In this document: positions 38,591 through 48,297 of the stretch, piece after piece
Numbering within the stretch: the first letter of the stretch is position 1
Layout of the letters: each line of letters starts with the position of its first letter
Source of the DNA: Candidatus Latescibacterota bacterium
GTDB lineage: Bacteria > Latescibacterota > UBA2968 > GCA-2709665
Reading direction: 5' to 3'
Assembly (NCBI GenBank): GCA_965219995.1
Contig: CBDCOX010000002.1
Coordinates: 1,551,397 to 1,615,396, forward strand
DNA: 64,000 nt
Position numbers and translations under genes: made by a program
The notes under the pieces: model-generated
Seen by the model: the letters and a program-made list of their open reading frames with translations, nothing else
Told to the model about the DNA's origin: nothing
Database searches by the model: none

Positions 38591-39550
38591 TCATCCTCCC
38601 ATCATGTCCGGTTGAGGAAGTCCAAGTTCCTGAATCGTCCACTCAAGACCTGTAATTAGATGCGCCCTCTGCAGTTTGCGAACCAACGTTGTATGAGGCA
38701 GGTCCGGCAACCCTGCACGCGAAGCGAAATAACCCGTAACGTACGACGCCAGGTGACCCGCGCCCGCAAGGATATCCCGTGGTGGCGGTCCACCCTCGTG
38801 GCGAAGGCCGGGCAGCCAAAAGGCAATGTCGAGGTCGGGATTGCCGGAGCAGGCGTTGTTCCAGTCGATCAATACAGCCCGGTCGGCGCGAAAGCAGATA
38901 TTGTCACTTCTCACGTCAAGATGGACAAGCGCCTTGCCTTCCGGTTCAACGCGATCGTGCGCCTCCAGAAGGGTGGGTAGACACTCTGTCAACCACGATT
39001 CGCTTGCAACGCGTATCGACAGGAAGGCCTCGGGGTGCTCCGCAACGTCGTGCCAACCTCTATGGGCAAAGGCCTCGCGATATTCAGGCACACTCGCCTG
39101 GCTCCCATGTATCATTGCCAGGCTGTCAAGAACCATATCGATACCTGAGGTCGTCCAGGGCGGAGGCCATAGGTTCCCGGACAGATCCTCCAATATCAGC
39201 AACGGAGGTTCCTCCTCGTCCCACGCAAGAGCGGCCGCCATGAAATCGCCGGAAAGTTGGCGATAGATCGAAATCTCGGAATGTAGCCACCTACTGGTGC
39301 GCCGGTCCGTCGCACACTTCGCAAATGCCGTGTTTCCGTCCCGGAAATTTACGATTCTTCGGCAGGCGTTTGTGTAACCTCCCTGAACCGGTAGCAGCCG
39401 GTCCACTTCTCGTCCGGTCAGATCCGCTATTCGCGATTCAAGTACTTCGCAGCTATAATCCATGGCCCGCCTGAAGGAGATAACAGACAACGTGGCGCCG
39501 TATTGCGTACCTCGAAGGTGATTGAACAAGACCAGCGCGTCATCCGTCAA
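38591..39550 (-). CDS. APH-like phosphotransferase
   Basis: Catalytic loop ALVHLDVRSDNICF, LIDWNNACSGNPDLDIAFW. Confidence 0.75.
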   Translation of the reverse strand: MTDDALVLFNHLRGTQYGATLSVISFRRAMDYSCEVLESRIADLTGREVDRLLPVQGGYTNACRRIVNFRDGNTAFAKCATDRRTSRWLHSEISIYRQLSGDFMAAALAWDEEEPPLLILEDLSGNLWPPPWTTSGIDMVLDSLAMIHGSQASVPEYREAFAHRGWHDVAEHPEAFLSIRVASESWLTECLPTLLEAHDRVEPEGKALVHLDVRSDNICFRADRAVLIDWNNACSGNPDLDIAFWLPGLRHEGGPPPRDILAGAGHLASYVTGYFASRAGLPDLPHTTLVRKLQRAHLITGLEWTIQELGLPQPDMMGG

Positions 39551-39616
39551 GCTAAGGACAGGCTTTGCCGCAAAGCGGAAGCCGGTTGTCAGTCGGTATA
39601 CGGGGTTTTGCGGAGC

Positions 39617-40237
39617 CTACCGGCAGGCCTTCGACAGCGGCTGGTCCTCAGACACCGTGATATACCTCCTCGGAATTGTGATCCCCTTGTCCTTTCTGAT
39701 CGCCTGCACTCCCGGAGCGACGTGCCCTCCACGGTAATCCAAAACAGGAACCAGGGAGTGGACAGTCGCACGCACGACTTCGTGCCCCGTTCGACAGTCG
39801 TATCCGAGATCCATAGCCGGGCGCCCTCGCCTGGTTACATGCTTGCACTCGAAACCGTGCGCGTGATCGACGACATACAGACCGGGAAAATTAGACCGCA
39901 CCTCTATCCGAAGCAGGTAGTCGCCCACGGCATGTCGTACCATTTCAAGTGGCAGATCGCCGAAATATGACCCGCTGAGCCATTTCGGGTCCGGCGACAG
40001 CAAGCCCTCAACAAAGAAACATCCCTCGAATTCCGGCGTCAGATCGGTCGCGAGAACCGGAAGCCTTGCCCGCAGGCCTCCCGAGTCCATAATCTCGTCG
40101 AGTTTGTTCCGGTGCGTGTAGTGGTAGAATACGACGTTGCCCGCGTCGGATTTCTCGATCCTGGCAGGATCGCCTTTGTACCCGAGGTCGGCCAGGAACG
40201 TCCCCCTGCACGTAAGAAAAGTCTCGCAGACTCTCAT
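39617..40237 (-). CDS. hypothetical protein
   Basis: 206-aa ORF, no motif recognised. Confidence 0.45.
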   Translation of the reverse strand: MRVCETFLTCRGTFLADLGYKGDPARIEKSDAGNVVFYHYTHRNKLDEIMDSGGLRARLPVLATDLTPEFEGCFFVEGLLSPDPKWLSGSYFGDLPLEMVRHAVGDYLLRIEVRSNFPGLYVVDHAHGFECKHVTRRGRPAMDLGYDCRTGHEVVRATVHSLVPVLDYRGGHVAPGVQAIRKDKGITIPRRYITVSEDQPLSKACR

Positions 40238-40290
40238 TATGCCAAACCAGAATTCAAGATTGAAAAGGGATGGAAACTCCGGTGTATTGC

Positions 40291-40548
40291 TCAGTTCGGC
40301 GCTTGCGCAAAGGACTCGACGGATGACGTGTACGCGAGGCTTCCGGTCTGCATCGCATTCAAAACCTTCGACAAGTCGTCACCGCCTCCTGCGACCTGAT
40401 CAAGTCGATATGCTTCGCGCAGCCGCTCGAGCTCAGGATGTGAGACCTCGTATTGGAAGCCTGGCGCCGACTCGTCCGGTAACGAATCAAACTCGTCAAA
40501 CAAGCGTAAGAGCCCGCAGTTTAGCCTGAACTGGTAATTCATCGTCAC
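40291..40548 (-). pseudogene. internal-deletion remnant of a transglutaminase-like paralogue
   Basis: The N-terminal 60 aa (MNYQFRLNCGLLRLFDEFDSLPDE..) and the last 14 aa (AYTSSVESFAQAPN) match 34331..35227. About 645 bp is missing, with CTGC microhomology at the junction near 40349. Confidence 0.75.
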
Positions 40549-40597
40549 TGCCTCAAGTTATGTTGATTCTCTCTTCCCACTTTATAAATCGTTCATC

Positions 40598-40684
40598 CGT
40601 TACCGAACCCCGGGAGCACAGCGAAGTGGGTTGCCGGAGGCCAAGCCGCCACCGGCCCCGCAGCGCAACACCGTGCTGTTAGAC
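40598..40684 (-). repeat. family A attC-like imperfect palindrome (A1)
   Basis: Minus strand starts GTCTAAC-AGCAC-GGTGTTGCGCTGCG; the TAA stop of 40679..42127 is inside GTCTAAC; the distal arm is degenerate (..GTTCGGT). Confidence 0.6.
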
Positions 40685-42127
40685 GGTGTCGCCCCCTGCA
40701 TTCAGATGCTGATCAGCAAATCTTTGGTAGACATCAGAGTCCGGTTTGCTCGCGCTGTGGAGCCAATTCACTGATGTCGCCATCATATAGGGACGCCACA
40801 TTGGACTTACGATTCCGTAATTTTGGAATATCGCGACTGGGAACTTGTAGTCGTGTGCGTCAGGGTTGGCCTTTCTCTGGACAAGCTGACGCGATCTGCG
40901 CAAAAACGTGTCCAGGCCAAACGCCTTCTTGCCATATGTGAACGCCAACTTCTCCGCTTCTTCAATTCCAGACCTGTCCTCTATCTGTTGCCTCATCTCT
41001 CGACTTGGGAGCAGCGAGAACACTTCCTCCGTCGCGTCCTCACTCGATTCAATGCCTTCCTTCGGGGCAAGGTCCGTAATCTTCCTGTCCCGCAAATTCC
41101 CGTGTTCGTGCTCAATGCCAATAAAGTTCGCGACCCATCCCACCGCTTGCAACAGAACGAAGAGCCGAGTCGTCTGACTCACAGTATCCTCGAACGCATA
41201 GTGCATCGCGTTGGCTACGGTATTCGAATGCAATGGACGCGTGTTAATGCCTCCGGATCCTGCGTATCCCCCCTGTTTATGTCGGTGCATGAACTCACCA
41301 GCCGAAAGGAAAACTGCGTCCCAGACTGCTCCGGCAGGCACCCCAGAATCGACTATCTGACTGTACGCCATATCAGTGGCGCGATCCATCTCGCCAGCGC
41401 GAATCTCCGAAAGCAACTCCAAAGTGGAGGTCTCATCGAAGCCTGCTCTCACCCAATCTGGCGCCAAACTCGAAGCCCTCGTGGCTCGTTCCATGTTCTC
41501 TCGGTATGGTTGCGAATCCAAGTCCCCAACGCGAGACATCAGATCCGATACGATGAATCGAAGGATTGGCTCAGAGTAGTGCCATCCCACGGTTTGGAGA
41601 CTTCGCCAACAATTAGCGACAGCTATGATCTTGTGGCCGATGAAGCCCCATTCCTTCGCCCCATAGTGCCAGAGTTCCTCGATAATGTCACGCGGGCTCC
41701 ACGACCTACTCAGCCCAATCAGGGATCGCTCGGCTCGCCCTTGATCCCAGGAGTCCATCGCTTCTCTGAATTCCAGCAATGCTTTATCGCCCGTTGGGTA
41801 TACGCCTTCCAGAGCGTCACGTGGCGGCTTTGCGTAATTCTCTTGAGCCCTCTTCAGGCTGTCGAGACCCCAAAAGACAGGGATGAGTCGATCTGCCCCA
41901 ACTGAATCCAGGCTCATCTGATGAGCGGAATAAACCAGATACACTTCGTGATGCGTGCCTTCACAGGAACTGGCGGCAACCAGTAGGGCTGCAAGTGCCT
42001 GCCTGTACGTGAGCCCCTTTCTGAACTCGTCGGCAAGCATCTCAACCGCTCCTTCACGCGGCACATCTATCATTCGCTTGACAATGGGCTGAAGAGCCTC
42101 GCTCAGCTCTGTATGTCGTAGCGTCAT
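40679..42127 (-). CDS. hypothetical protein (482 aa)
   Basis: Long ORF with GAGGTGA RBS 6 nt before the ATG; no family recognised. Confidence 0.6.
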   Translation of the reverse strand: MTLRHTELSEALQPIVKRMIDVPREGAVEMLADEFRKGLTYRQALAALLVAASSCEGTHHEVYLVYSAHQMSLDSVGADRLIPVFWGLDSLKRAQENYAKPPRDALEGVYPTGDKALLEFREAMDSWDQGRAERSLIGLSRSWSPRDIIEELWHYGAKEWGFIGHKIIAVANCWRSLQTVGWHYSEPILRFIVSDLMSRVGDLDSQPYRENMERATRASSLAPDWVRAGFDETSTLELLSEIRAGEMDRATDMAYSQIVDSGVPAGAVWDAVFLSAGEFMHRHKQGGYAGSGGINTRPLHSNTVANAMHYAFEDTVSQTTRLFVLLQAVGWVANFIGIEHEHGNLRDRKITDLAPKEGIESSEDATEEVFSLLPSREMRQQIEDRSGIEEAEKLAFTYGKKAFGLDTFLRRSRQLVQRKANPDAHDYKFPVAIFQNYGIVSPMWRPYMMATSVNWLHSASKPDSDVYQRFADQHLNAGGDTV

Positions 42128-42157
42128 GGGTTCACCTCATACCTATTGGGCGATACC

Positions 42158-42249
42158 GTCTAACGTCTCGCCGGTTTGCGAACAGCGAAGGTGGTTGCCC
42201 AAGGCAAAGGCGATAGTAGCCGTCGCAGCGCAACACCGTGCTGTCAGCG
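42158..42249 (-). repeat. family A attC-like imperfect palindrome (A2, best copy)
   Basis: Minus strand: CGCTGAC-AGCAC-GGTGTTGCG-...-CGCAAACC-GGCGAGAC-GTTAGAC; the GTTAGAC box is 30 nt upstream of ATG 42127. Confidence 0.65.
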
Positions 42250-42286
42250 GACGTGGCATCCTGGTCGGGCCTTACAATGCAGACCG

Positions 42287-42895
42287 CTATTCAGACAGAA
42301 ACCGTTGCCAGCGATGACCCTCGGGATACAAGACTTCCAACCCGGCTCCCAACCATCTCTTTGCCTCGGCGGACATCAGCGGCAGGCAGGTCTGAAAGTC
42401 CAGGTCATCTTTCGAACGAGGATTCTTGGCTTTGTGCAGAAGCTGGACCTCAATCCGTATACAGGGAACACTCCCGTATGCAACGATCAAGTCGCCTCGC
42501 TGCCCGCCAATCAGTCTGCTGCGCTTGCTGAACCACCTGTCGCCTTCGCTTTCGGTCAACATGATCTGAAGCTGCCATACCTGTATGCCGGCATGGCCCC
42601 ATATGTCATGTATCCCGTAAGGCAAGTATTCTGATTCGGCCCATGGTCGCAATGAACCGGGCGGATCGGCCGCGTACAGATGCCAATCCGAGAGCCAGCG
42701 CTTTACCTCGAGTTGTTGATCCCGGTACACGATGACGTCAATATCACCGTGGTCCCGTACACGGGTTCCCACGAACTGCTCTACCGCATGGCCGCCGGCG
42801 AGTCCCCACATGAAAGGAGCGTTGGCGAACAATTTCGTCAACTCCTTGACGGACAAGGGTTTCCATTGGCTGAAGGGAATCTCAGGAGTGGTCAT
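42287..42895 (-). CDS. nucleotidyltransferase-fold protein (aminoglycoside/lincosamide NTase-like)
   Basis: 202-aa ORF; GLAGGHAVEQFVGTRVRDHGDIDVIV (G-G..x..D-x-D minimal NTase motif). Confidence 0.6.
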   Translation of the reverse strand: MTTPEIPFSQWKPLSVKELTKLFANAPFMWGLAGGHAVEQFVGTRVRDHGDIDVIVYRDQQLEVKRWLSDWHLYAADPPGSLRPWAESEYLPYGIHDIWGHAGIQVWQLQIMLTESEGDRWFSKRSRLIGGQRGDLIVAYGSVPCIRIEVQLLHKAKNPRSKDDLDFQTCLPLMSAEAKRWLGAGLEVLYPEGHRWQRFLSE

Positions 42896-42922
42896 ACAGT
42901 TCGCATTCTGCGCACAAACGAC

Positions 42923-42949
42923 GTCCGCTAATGCGCGAGCATTGCGGAC
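42923..42949. other. stable hairpin between the sigma-fusion gene and the NTase gene
   Basis: GTCCGC-T-AATGC GCGA GCATT-GCGGAC: 11-bp stem, one bulge, 4-nt loop. It starts where homology between the two NTase 5' flanks ends. Confidence 0.5.
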
Positions 42950-43043
42950 GCAGCACCTTGTCGATCAGTGTATGAGATTCCTGGTACTCAGTCAACGACT
43001 CTCGCAGGTCCGTTTGGGCGAAGTGACGAAGGAGCGGAGAATC

Positions 43044-44858
43044 TTATAGATCTTCATTCGGCATCTGCGGATGTTGGGCAGGAAAGAGCGCATCCAGGAG
43101 CTCTGCCGCATCTCCTGTAAACAACATGCCCAACCGTTCGGCAATTTCACCAGGTGGTTCTTTTCCAATGATGATTTGTGCAAACTCATGACCACATTCA
43201 ATGGTGTTTTCTGCTTTGCCGCCGGGCTGCACAGAGATTTCACTGTTGTCGATGGATAGCACTGCAGACTGGTCCGGGATAGAAATCTTCAATGTGCCCA
43301 TGAAATCTCCGAGACCCGATTTTCGTATACGTCGAGACAGTTCAGGTGCGATCTTACTCAGCGTCGTCTCCAGGTTGATGATGCGAATCTGGTTCCCCGT
43401 CCGACCATTGTGGTTTCTGGCTGAATAAAGATGAGGCAACTGTCGCACGCGTCGTGCCAGCGCGCTGCGCCAGGGGAGTCGGACGAATTGCACCCTGGGT
43501 CCCTGGTATTGCCGGGCAAGTTGCCCTAAAACGCGCAGGATCTGTTCCGGATCACCGGCTGAATCCGTATGACGCAGGTCGCGTCCCTCGTGATCTTTCT
43601 CTGTATTCGGGCCATCGTAGAGATAACCCACCGCACGTCCGGTTTTATCGTTGAAAATGTACGCTGTCCACGGATCGTCGTCTTCCGGCGGGCATTTGCC
43701 TCTTCGGTATGTTGGACGGACGGTCGTGCCGGTCAATCCGTCGTGCCATCGATTGTGAAGTTCGGCCAGGTCTCTGCGCCCGTGAATCACGTTGACATGT
43801 ACTTCCTCCAGCTCTATTTCCGGCGCTGCTTCAGGCAGGTGCTCGGTGTCTATAAAATACGTCTCCTGATCCGGCCAGGCAAGCACGTAGCCGAAATTCG
43901 CAAAGCGATCGAGCGGTTCGGTACGTGTACACGACATATCATAGCCATGGGCATACATGGCGTCCAGCGCCGCCTGAATTGTTGCCGCGTAGATCCCCTC
44001 ATCCCGATAGTCGGGATGCACGGTCGGCAGATTGATGCCCCCGGTCCGGACTGTTGCGCTGCCGATGCGCATCGACAGATCGTAAATGCCCGCGTGCGTG
44101 ACCACATCACCATCCATCGTTCCGATCCGCGACGTCAGCCAGTCGTAGTGACTGTGCGCGATGCGTCCTGCGCGACACTGACGGCTGATGGCGTTCCAGC
44201 GCCTATCCAGCAACTCATAGATATCTTCGCTATGATCCGCTTTATCCGGCGCCAGGATTTCTCGCACACGGTCAATGAACCGCTCGTCCCGCGAAGGCCG
44301 GTTCTCATGTATATTGTCCTTCACCATATCGAATAGCCTTTCCTTGAGCCGTTTCCGCGCCGACCGCAAACGGTTCTTCACGACGGCGACTGACACACCC
44401 AGAAAAGCGGCCACTTCCCGCTGTGAATAATCCGAAATGTAGAACAAAGACACGGCCTGACGTTCGGTTTCGGGCAATGTGTCGATCGCTTCTCGCACAA
44501 GGCACCGCATCTCGTTTTCTTCTGTTGTCCGATCCGGATGCCGGTCTTCCGATGCGATCTCGACAAGCTGTTCCATGGATACGATCTCGACCTTCTTTCC
44601 CCGGCGCGTGATCCGATCGCAATATTTGAACACGATCCTGCGCAACAGGGCAGGAAAAGCAAAGACATCGTACACGCGCTCCAGATTCACCCAGGCCTCT
44701 GTAAACGCCTCCTGCGCCGCGTCCTGCGCCAGGTGAAAATCCCTCAACAACGCGAATCCGTATCCCACGGCGAGATCCTGGAAGTGTGTCACAATCTGCT
44801 CGTAGGCCTTCAGATCTCCTTGCTTCGCGCGTTCGAATATCGGTTTCAGTGTCTCCAT
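43044..44858 (-). CDS. ECF-type sigma-70 factor fused to an Eis-like GNAT acetyltransferase with SCP2-like C-terminus
   Basis: aa 1-190: region 2 (DAAQEAFTEAWVNLERV) and region 4 (LPETERQAVSLFYISDYSQREVAAFLGVSVAVVKNRLRSARKRL). aa ~230-604: GNAT core (GINLPTVHPDYRDEGIYAATIQAALDAMYAHGYDMS..FANFGY) and SCP2-like tail (IRIINLETTLSKI..LKISIPD..LFTGDAAELLDALFP). Confidence 0.7.
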   Translation of the reverse strand: METLKPIFERAKQGDLKAYEQIVTHFQDLAVGYGFALLRDFHLAQDAAQEAFTEAWVNLERVYDVFAFPALLRRIVFKYCDRITRRGKKVEIVSMEQLVEIASEDRHPDRTTEENEMRCLVREAIDTLPETERQAVSLFYISDYSQREVAAFLGVSVAVVKNRLRSARKRLKERLFDMVKDNIHENRPSRDERFIDRVREILAPDKADHSEDIYELLDRRWNAISRQCRAGRIAHSHYDWLTSRIGTMDGDVVTHAGIYDLSMRIGSATVRTGGINLPTVHPDYRDEGIYAATIQAALDAMYAHGYDMSCTRTEPLDRFANFGYVLAWPDQETYFIDTEHLPEAAPEIELEEVHVNVIHGRRDLAELHNRWHDGLTGTTVRPTYRRGKCPPEDDDPWTAYIFNDKTGRAVGYLYDGPNTEKDHEGRDLRHTDSAGDPEQILRVLGQLARQYQGPRVQFVRLPWRSALARRVRQLPHLYSARNHNGRTGNQIRIINLETTLSKIAPELSRRIRKSGLGDFMGTLKISIPDQSAVLSIDNSEISVQPGGKAENTIECGHEFAQIIIGKEPPGEIAERLGMLFTGDAAELLDALFPAQHPQMPNEDL

Positions 44859-45183
44859 CTCGCTCCTCTGATTATGAAGGCCTTCACCGGTAATATCCCA
44901 ATTGGGGTGGATTGGGTGTACTTATCCTATGTATTTTGGTCTCCTGAGAGGAACAGGAAGATCGCAAAATATTAATAAACAATGGTTTAAAAGATTCCAA
45001 AAGACGAACGCCACATTGTGCTATTCGATGATATTGGGCCTGCCCGGAGAGTGTTCGGGGCTGGCAGTCGGAAGGAAATGAAGGGAGGGCCTAAAAAGGC
45101 TGGGTTGTTGGGGATTATTGTCAATGCCTGTTATATGTCGTCTTTTTCAGGGCGGTCAAATGTCGGCCTGCATTCCCGCCACT

Positions 45184-45265
45184 TGCTAACCCGCCCGGCT
45201 CTATTGGCCGGGCTGCCCGCGGGACCAGGGCGAGAATGGGCCGCAGCGGCAACAAGCTGTTACAC
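45184..45265 (-). repeat. family A-related attC-like element (A6)
   Basis: Minus strand starts GTGTAAC-AGCTT-GTTGCCGCTGCGG; internal hairpin GCCCGGC..GCCGGGC; distal TGCTAAC (plus strand); 35 nt downstream of the MTase stop. Confidence 0.45.
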
Positions 45266-45300
45266 GATTATGATTCACAACCGACACCGGATGGTGCCAT

Positions 45301-46068
45301 TCAAGTCGGCCTTTCCTTTTGCGCTTCGATCAGGAATTTCCTTGCCGTAAACGTCAACTCATCGCCGCCATCAAGTCGATGTTGCAGGCTTAACAGGTGC
45401 TGCATGTGGGTTTCGACTGAAAACCCGGGTACCAGCCAGGGAACAGCCTTCAAGTAATAGACCACGGCGCCCACGTCGGCGAAAGCCAGCCGGCCAGACC
45501 ATTCTTCGGCAGTGAAAATGGTCAGGCCCGTCGTTCTCAATTGAGTCACAACCCTTTCAAGTGTGGATCCGGGCCATTGCGGTTTAACGTCAAACGCTGC
45601 CAGTAAGTCACAGGCCCATAACCCGTGAACCTGCTGTGTCAGGAACGTGCCGCCAGTCGTGAGAATACGGGCAACTTCATTAGGGTTGAATGCAGAGTGG
45701 CGATTTAGAACAAGATCAAACTCGCTATCGGGAAAAGGCATCGGATCGCAATCAGTCAATCGAACATCTGCAACTTTCGCTCCCAACGGAACGAGACGAT
45801 TTGTTGCCAACTTGAGGTGAGGTGCATATTCCTCCTTCGCCACAACCTCTTCAGGCCAGAATTCCTGTAAGTTCAGGAACCGCTCACCACCACCTGTACC
45901 CAGGTCAATGACAGATGAACAACGACGCAAGAGCTCGGCAGCCCGTAAAGAATAAGACCATGGCGTCTTCTCTTCGAACATCCTGCCATCCAGCCAGGAA
46001 AAGTCCCATCCCGAGAAAGGCTGTTCTTCTTCACCCTTCCACGTATCAACAAGCTTGTCCAAGCCCAT
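45301..46068 (-). CDS. class I SAM-dependent methyltransferase
   Basis: 255-aa ORF; motif I VIDLGTGGGERFL. Confidence 0.75.
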   Translation of the reverse strand: MGLDKLVDTWKGEEEQPFSGWDFSWLDGRMFEEKTPWSYSLRAAELLRRCSSVIDLGTGGGERFLNLQEFWPEEVVAKEEYAPHLKLATNRLVPLGAKVADVRLTDCDPMPFPDSEFDLVLNRHSAFNPNEVARILTTGGTFLTQQVHGLWACDLLAAFDVKPQWPGSTLERVVTQLRTTGLTIFTAEEWSGRLAFADVGAVVYYLKAVPWLVPGFSVETHMQHLLSLQHRLDGGDELTFTARKFLIEAQKERPT

Positions 46069-46081
46069 ATTGCACGCTATC

Positions 46082-46199
46082 CGTGAACATCGAAGGCCAA
46101 ATTATCGTTCAGGCACTCGTTTTACGTGTTGTGCATTCCCGCAGCCGCGAATCGATTAGGCGAGGGGAATGCCCGAAGTAGAAAACGCTGCTGTTACGC
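46082..46199 (-). repeat. family A-related attC-like element (A7, weak)
   Basis: Minus strand starts GCGTAAC-AGCAG; stem GCATTCCC..GGGAATGC; left boundary uncertain. Confidence 0.3.
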
Positions 46200-46282
46200 C
46201 ACGTGGAAAAATCGAAAACATAGCCCACTCCGGTGATTCGCTTTCTTGAGGTGGCGACTTTGTTGGCAGTGTTTCACATCAC

Positions 46283-47037
46283 TCATCCAGGTCTGGTTGG
46301 TAACTTATCTGCCATGTCCGATATCACGCTGATGCAGAGCCCCATAAGATCCTGAGCGCTTTCCACATCATACCGAGCCTCCGGATGTTGAGTTGGGTTC
46401 CGGTATTCCACCCTCACTAGGTCGAGCGTGTCCAAAAGGTTCGCTGGAGGCTTGTTCCGTGACTTAGACCTTAGCGCGTAAACCATTGCCCCCACGTTGG
46501 ATTCTCAAGGCGATTCCGTCGGATGTGGAGCCGGTAGTAGGTTCGCAATACATCCTCGGTCGCCCGGAGCCAGTGAAACGCAGCAGCAGTGCCTTCACCA
46601 AAGAGGACGCATCGACCAGCACTCCCGATATCGAATTGGGCTAGGTCAGGCAGCTTCTGAAAGACGCTGTCGCGAAAGAACTTGGCCGGCTCGTTGAGTA
46701 GCCAGGTGGTGTTATATCTTCGTTCTGGCAATATGTAGATGGACTTCGTTCTGGACTCAGCGAAGATGATCTGTTCAAGGATCGCGATGTTCGCAACAAT
46801 GTCCTTGGCTCTGGGCCCGAGCAACTCAGTTGGTTCGCACTCGGAAAGCTCTGTCTTGATAGCAATTAGCTTGGCCATTCCACTGATTGACACGGTGAGG
46901 CCAGCGCCCACGATCTGTCGCTCAAGAGCTGTGATGTTCCGAACCGCATAGTCGATGTCGTTGGACGCACTGGTATGGCGAAGGTGCCTAATCAATAGAC
47001 CCACATGAATCAGTGAGTAACTGTTTCTTGATTCCAT
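46283..47037 (-). pseudogene. HEPN-like protein, frameshifted in a C5/G5 run
   Basis: ORFs 46471..47109 and 46283..46495 overlap at the homopolymer 46489-46493; one extra G would join ..NPTWG to AMVYALRSK... The C-terminal part carries R-x4-H (YRNPTQHPE) after helix AAFHWLRATEDVLRTYY. GAGGA RBS before ATG 47037. Confidence 0.45.
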
Positions 47038-47101
47038 GTAATCCTCACGCTTTACGCTGGATCGGTTAAGAACGAAAACGGTGTTAAAAGAAGATCGATC
47101 G

Positions 47102-48043
47102 CTATTCAAGACTCTCGATGTGAGGCTTTAGCGAAGAGACGAAGTTGCCCATTGCTGTAATCATGACATCCTGTATGTGAGGCCAATTGTCTTCTTCAGA
47201 TTTCAGCCCGCCTTCTTCAATGACATGTCTTACCCTCGAAGCTCTTCGCTGATCCAGCCGCTCCCATTGAAGCTCCCGTCCAAACCGCTTTTCAATTTGC
47301 TCGCGCTTTGCCGCCAGCGAATCGAAGTGTCGCTTGTTCTTCTCGCCGTCGCCGGTGTCGATATAGAGTTCAACAGCTGTCCTGTGCTTTAGCCAGACCA
47401 CATAATTGAAGGAAAGACCTGACTTGCCTGCCCCGGCGCCGATCCAATGTTCTTTAGTGGGCGATCTAGAACTGTGGATGGCAACGCCATGGCTCTTGGC
47501 ACGTTCCAGCAACTGTTGCCAGAATCTGATTCTAAGATGATGTCGCTCTGCAAGATCCTTCTTGGATTGACCGATGGACGTTGGCTCCTCACTAGGTCCA
47601 ACAATCACGGTGAAGAGCGGCGCGGGGTCTGAATTCCCAATCTGAAAGGCTGTCAGCTTCACCAAATAGAATGCTGTATCGGGTGGAGTCGACTCGTTCA
47701 ACCAGGCGATTGCTCTTGCATGTTCTGGTCGAGCGTGACTGGTGATCCAGACCGCGGTTTTCGCATTTATATTTGAAAGATAAGTAAGAACTTGCCCAAG
47801 GTGCTTGTGATCCGTCTGTTCAATTTGGTTTTCGATCACAACCACCTCACCGCTACCATCCTCGGCAACCAGATCGATCTCGAAATCCCCCGCAGATTTC
47901 TCTTTCTGGACTTCGGCAAGTCTGATGTCGAGCTTATCAGCCAGTACTTCGATGTTTTGCTCTAGCCACTGGGAGAAACCTCGTTCTTCATTCTCCCACA
48001 CTTTCCGTAGCGGCACCTCATCCAAATTTCCAATACGTGTCAT
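47102..48043 (-). CDS. PD-(D/E)xK nuclease-like protein with DUF4268-type C-terminal domain
   Basis: FEIDLVAEDGSGEVVVIENQIEQTDHKHLGQVLTYL (D..E-x-Q core plus HLGQ..TY) and C-terminal FWQQLLERAK..WIGAGAG..LYIDTGD..NKRHFD..WERLD. Confidence 0.6.
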   Translation of the reverse strand: MTRIGNLDEVPLRKVWENEERGFSQWLEQNIEVLADKLDIRLAEVQKEKSAGDFEIDLVAEDGSGEVVVIENQIEQTDHKHLGQVLTYLSNINAKTAVWITSHARPEHARAIAWLNESTPPDTAFYLVKLTAFQIGNSDPAPLFTVIVGPSEEPTSIGQSKKDLAERHHLRIRFWQQLLERAKSHGVAIHSSRSPTKEHWIGAGAGKSGLSFNYVVWLKHRTAVELYIDTGDGEKNKRHFDSLAAKREQIEKRFGRELQWERLDQRRASRVRHVIEEGGLKSEEDNWPHIQDVMITAMGNFVSSLKPHIESLE

Positions 48044-48297
48044 CTGTTGAAGCTCCCCCCTTGTAGTTTGGATTACGTAACCTCAGACTTTGTCGTGATT
48101 CTTCGGTCACTTCGATATGGCCAACTAGAACACGGCAAGAATGCGGAAGTTCTCTAACAATTCAGGCCTACCCTATATATACCCATCGTATCGCGTAAAA
48201 GGACGGTACGCCGTCCGCGTTCAATGAAAGCTTCCACAAGTTCACCGCCATTCGGTGTAGAAATGCCGGGGAAGGCGTCCAAAACACGGCGACAACA

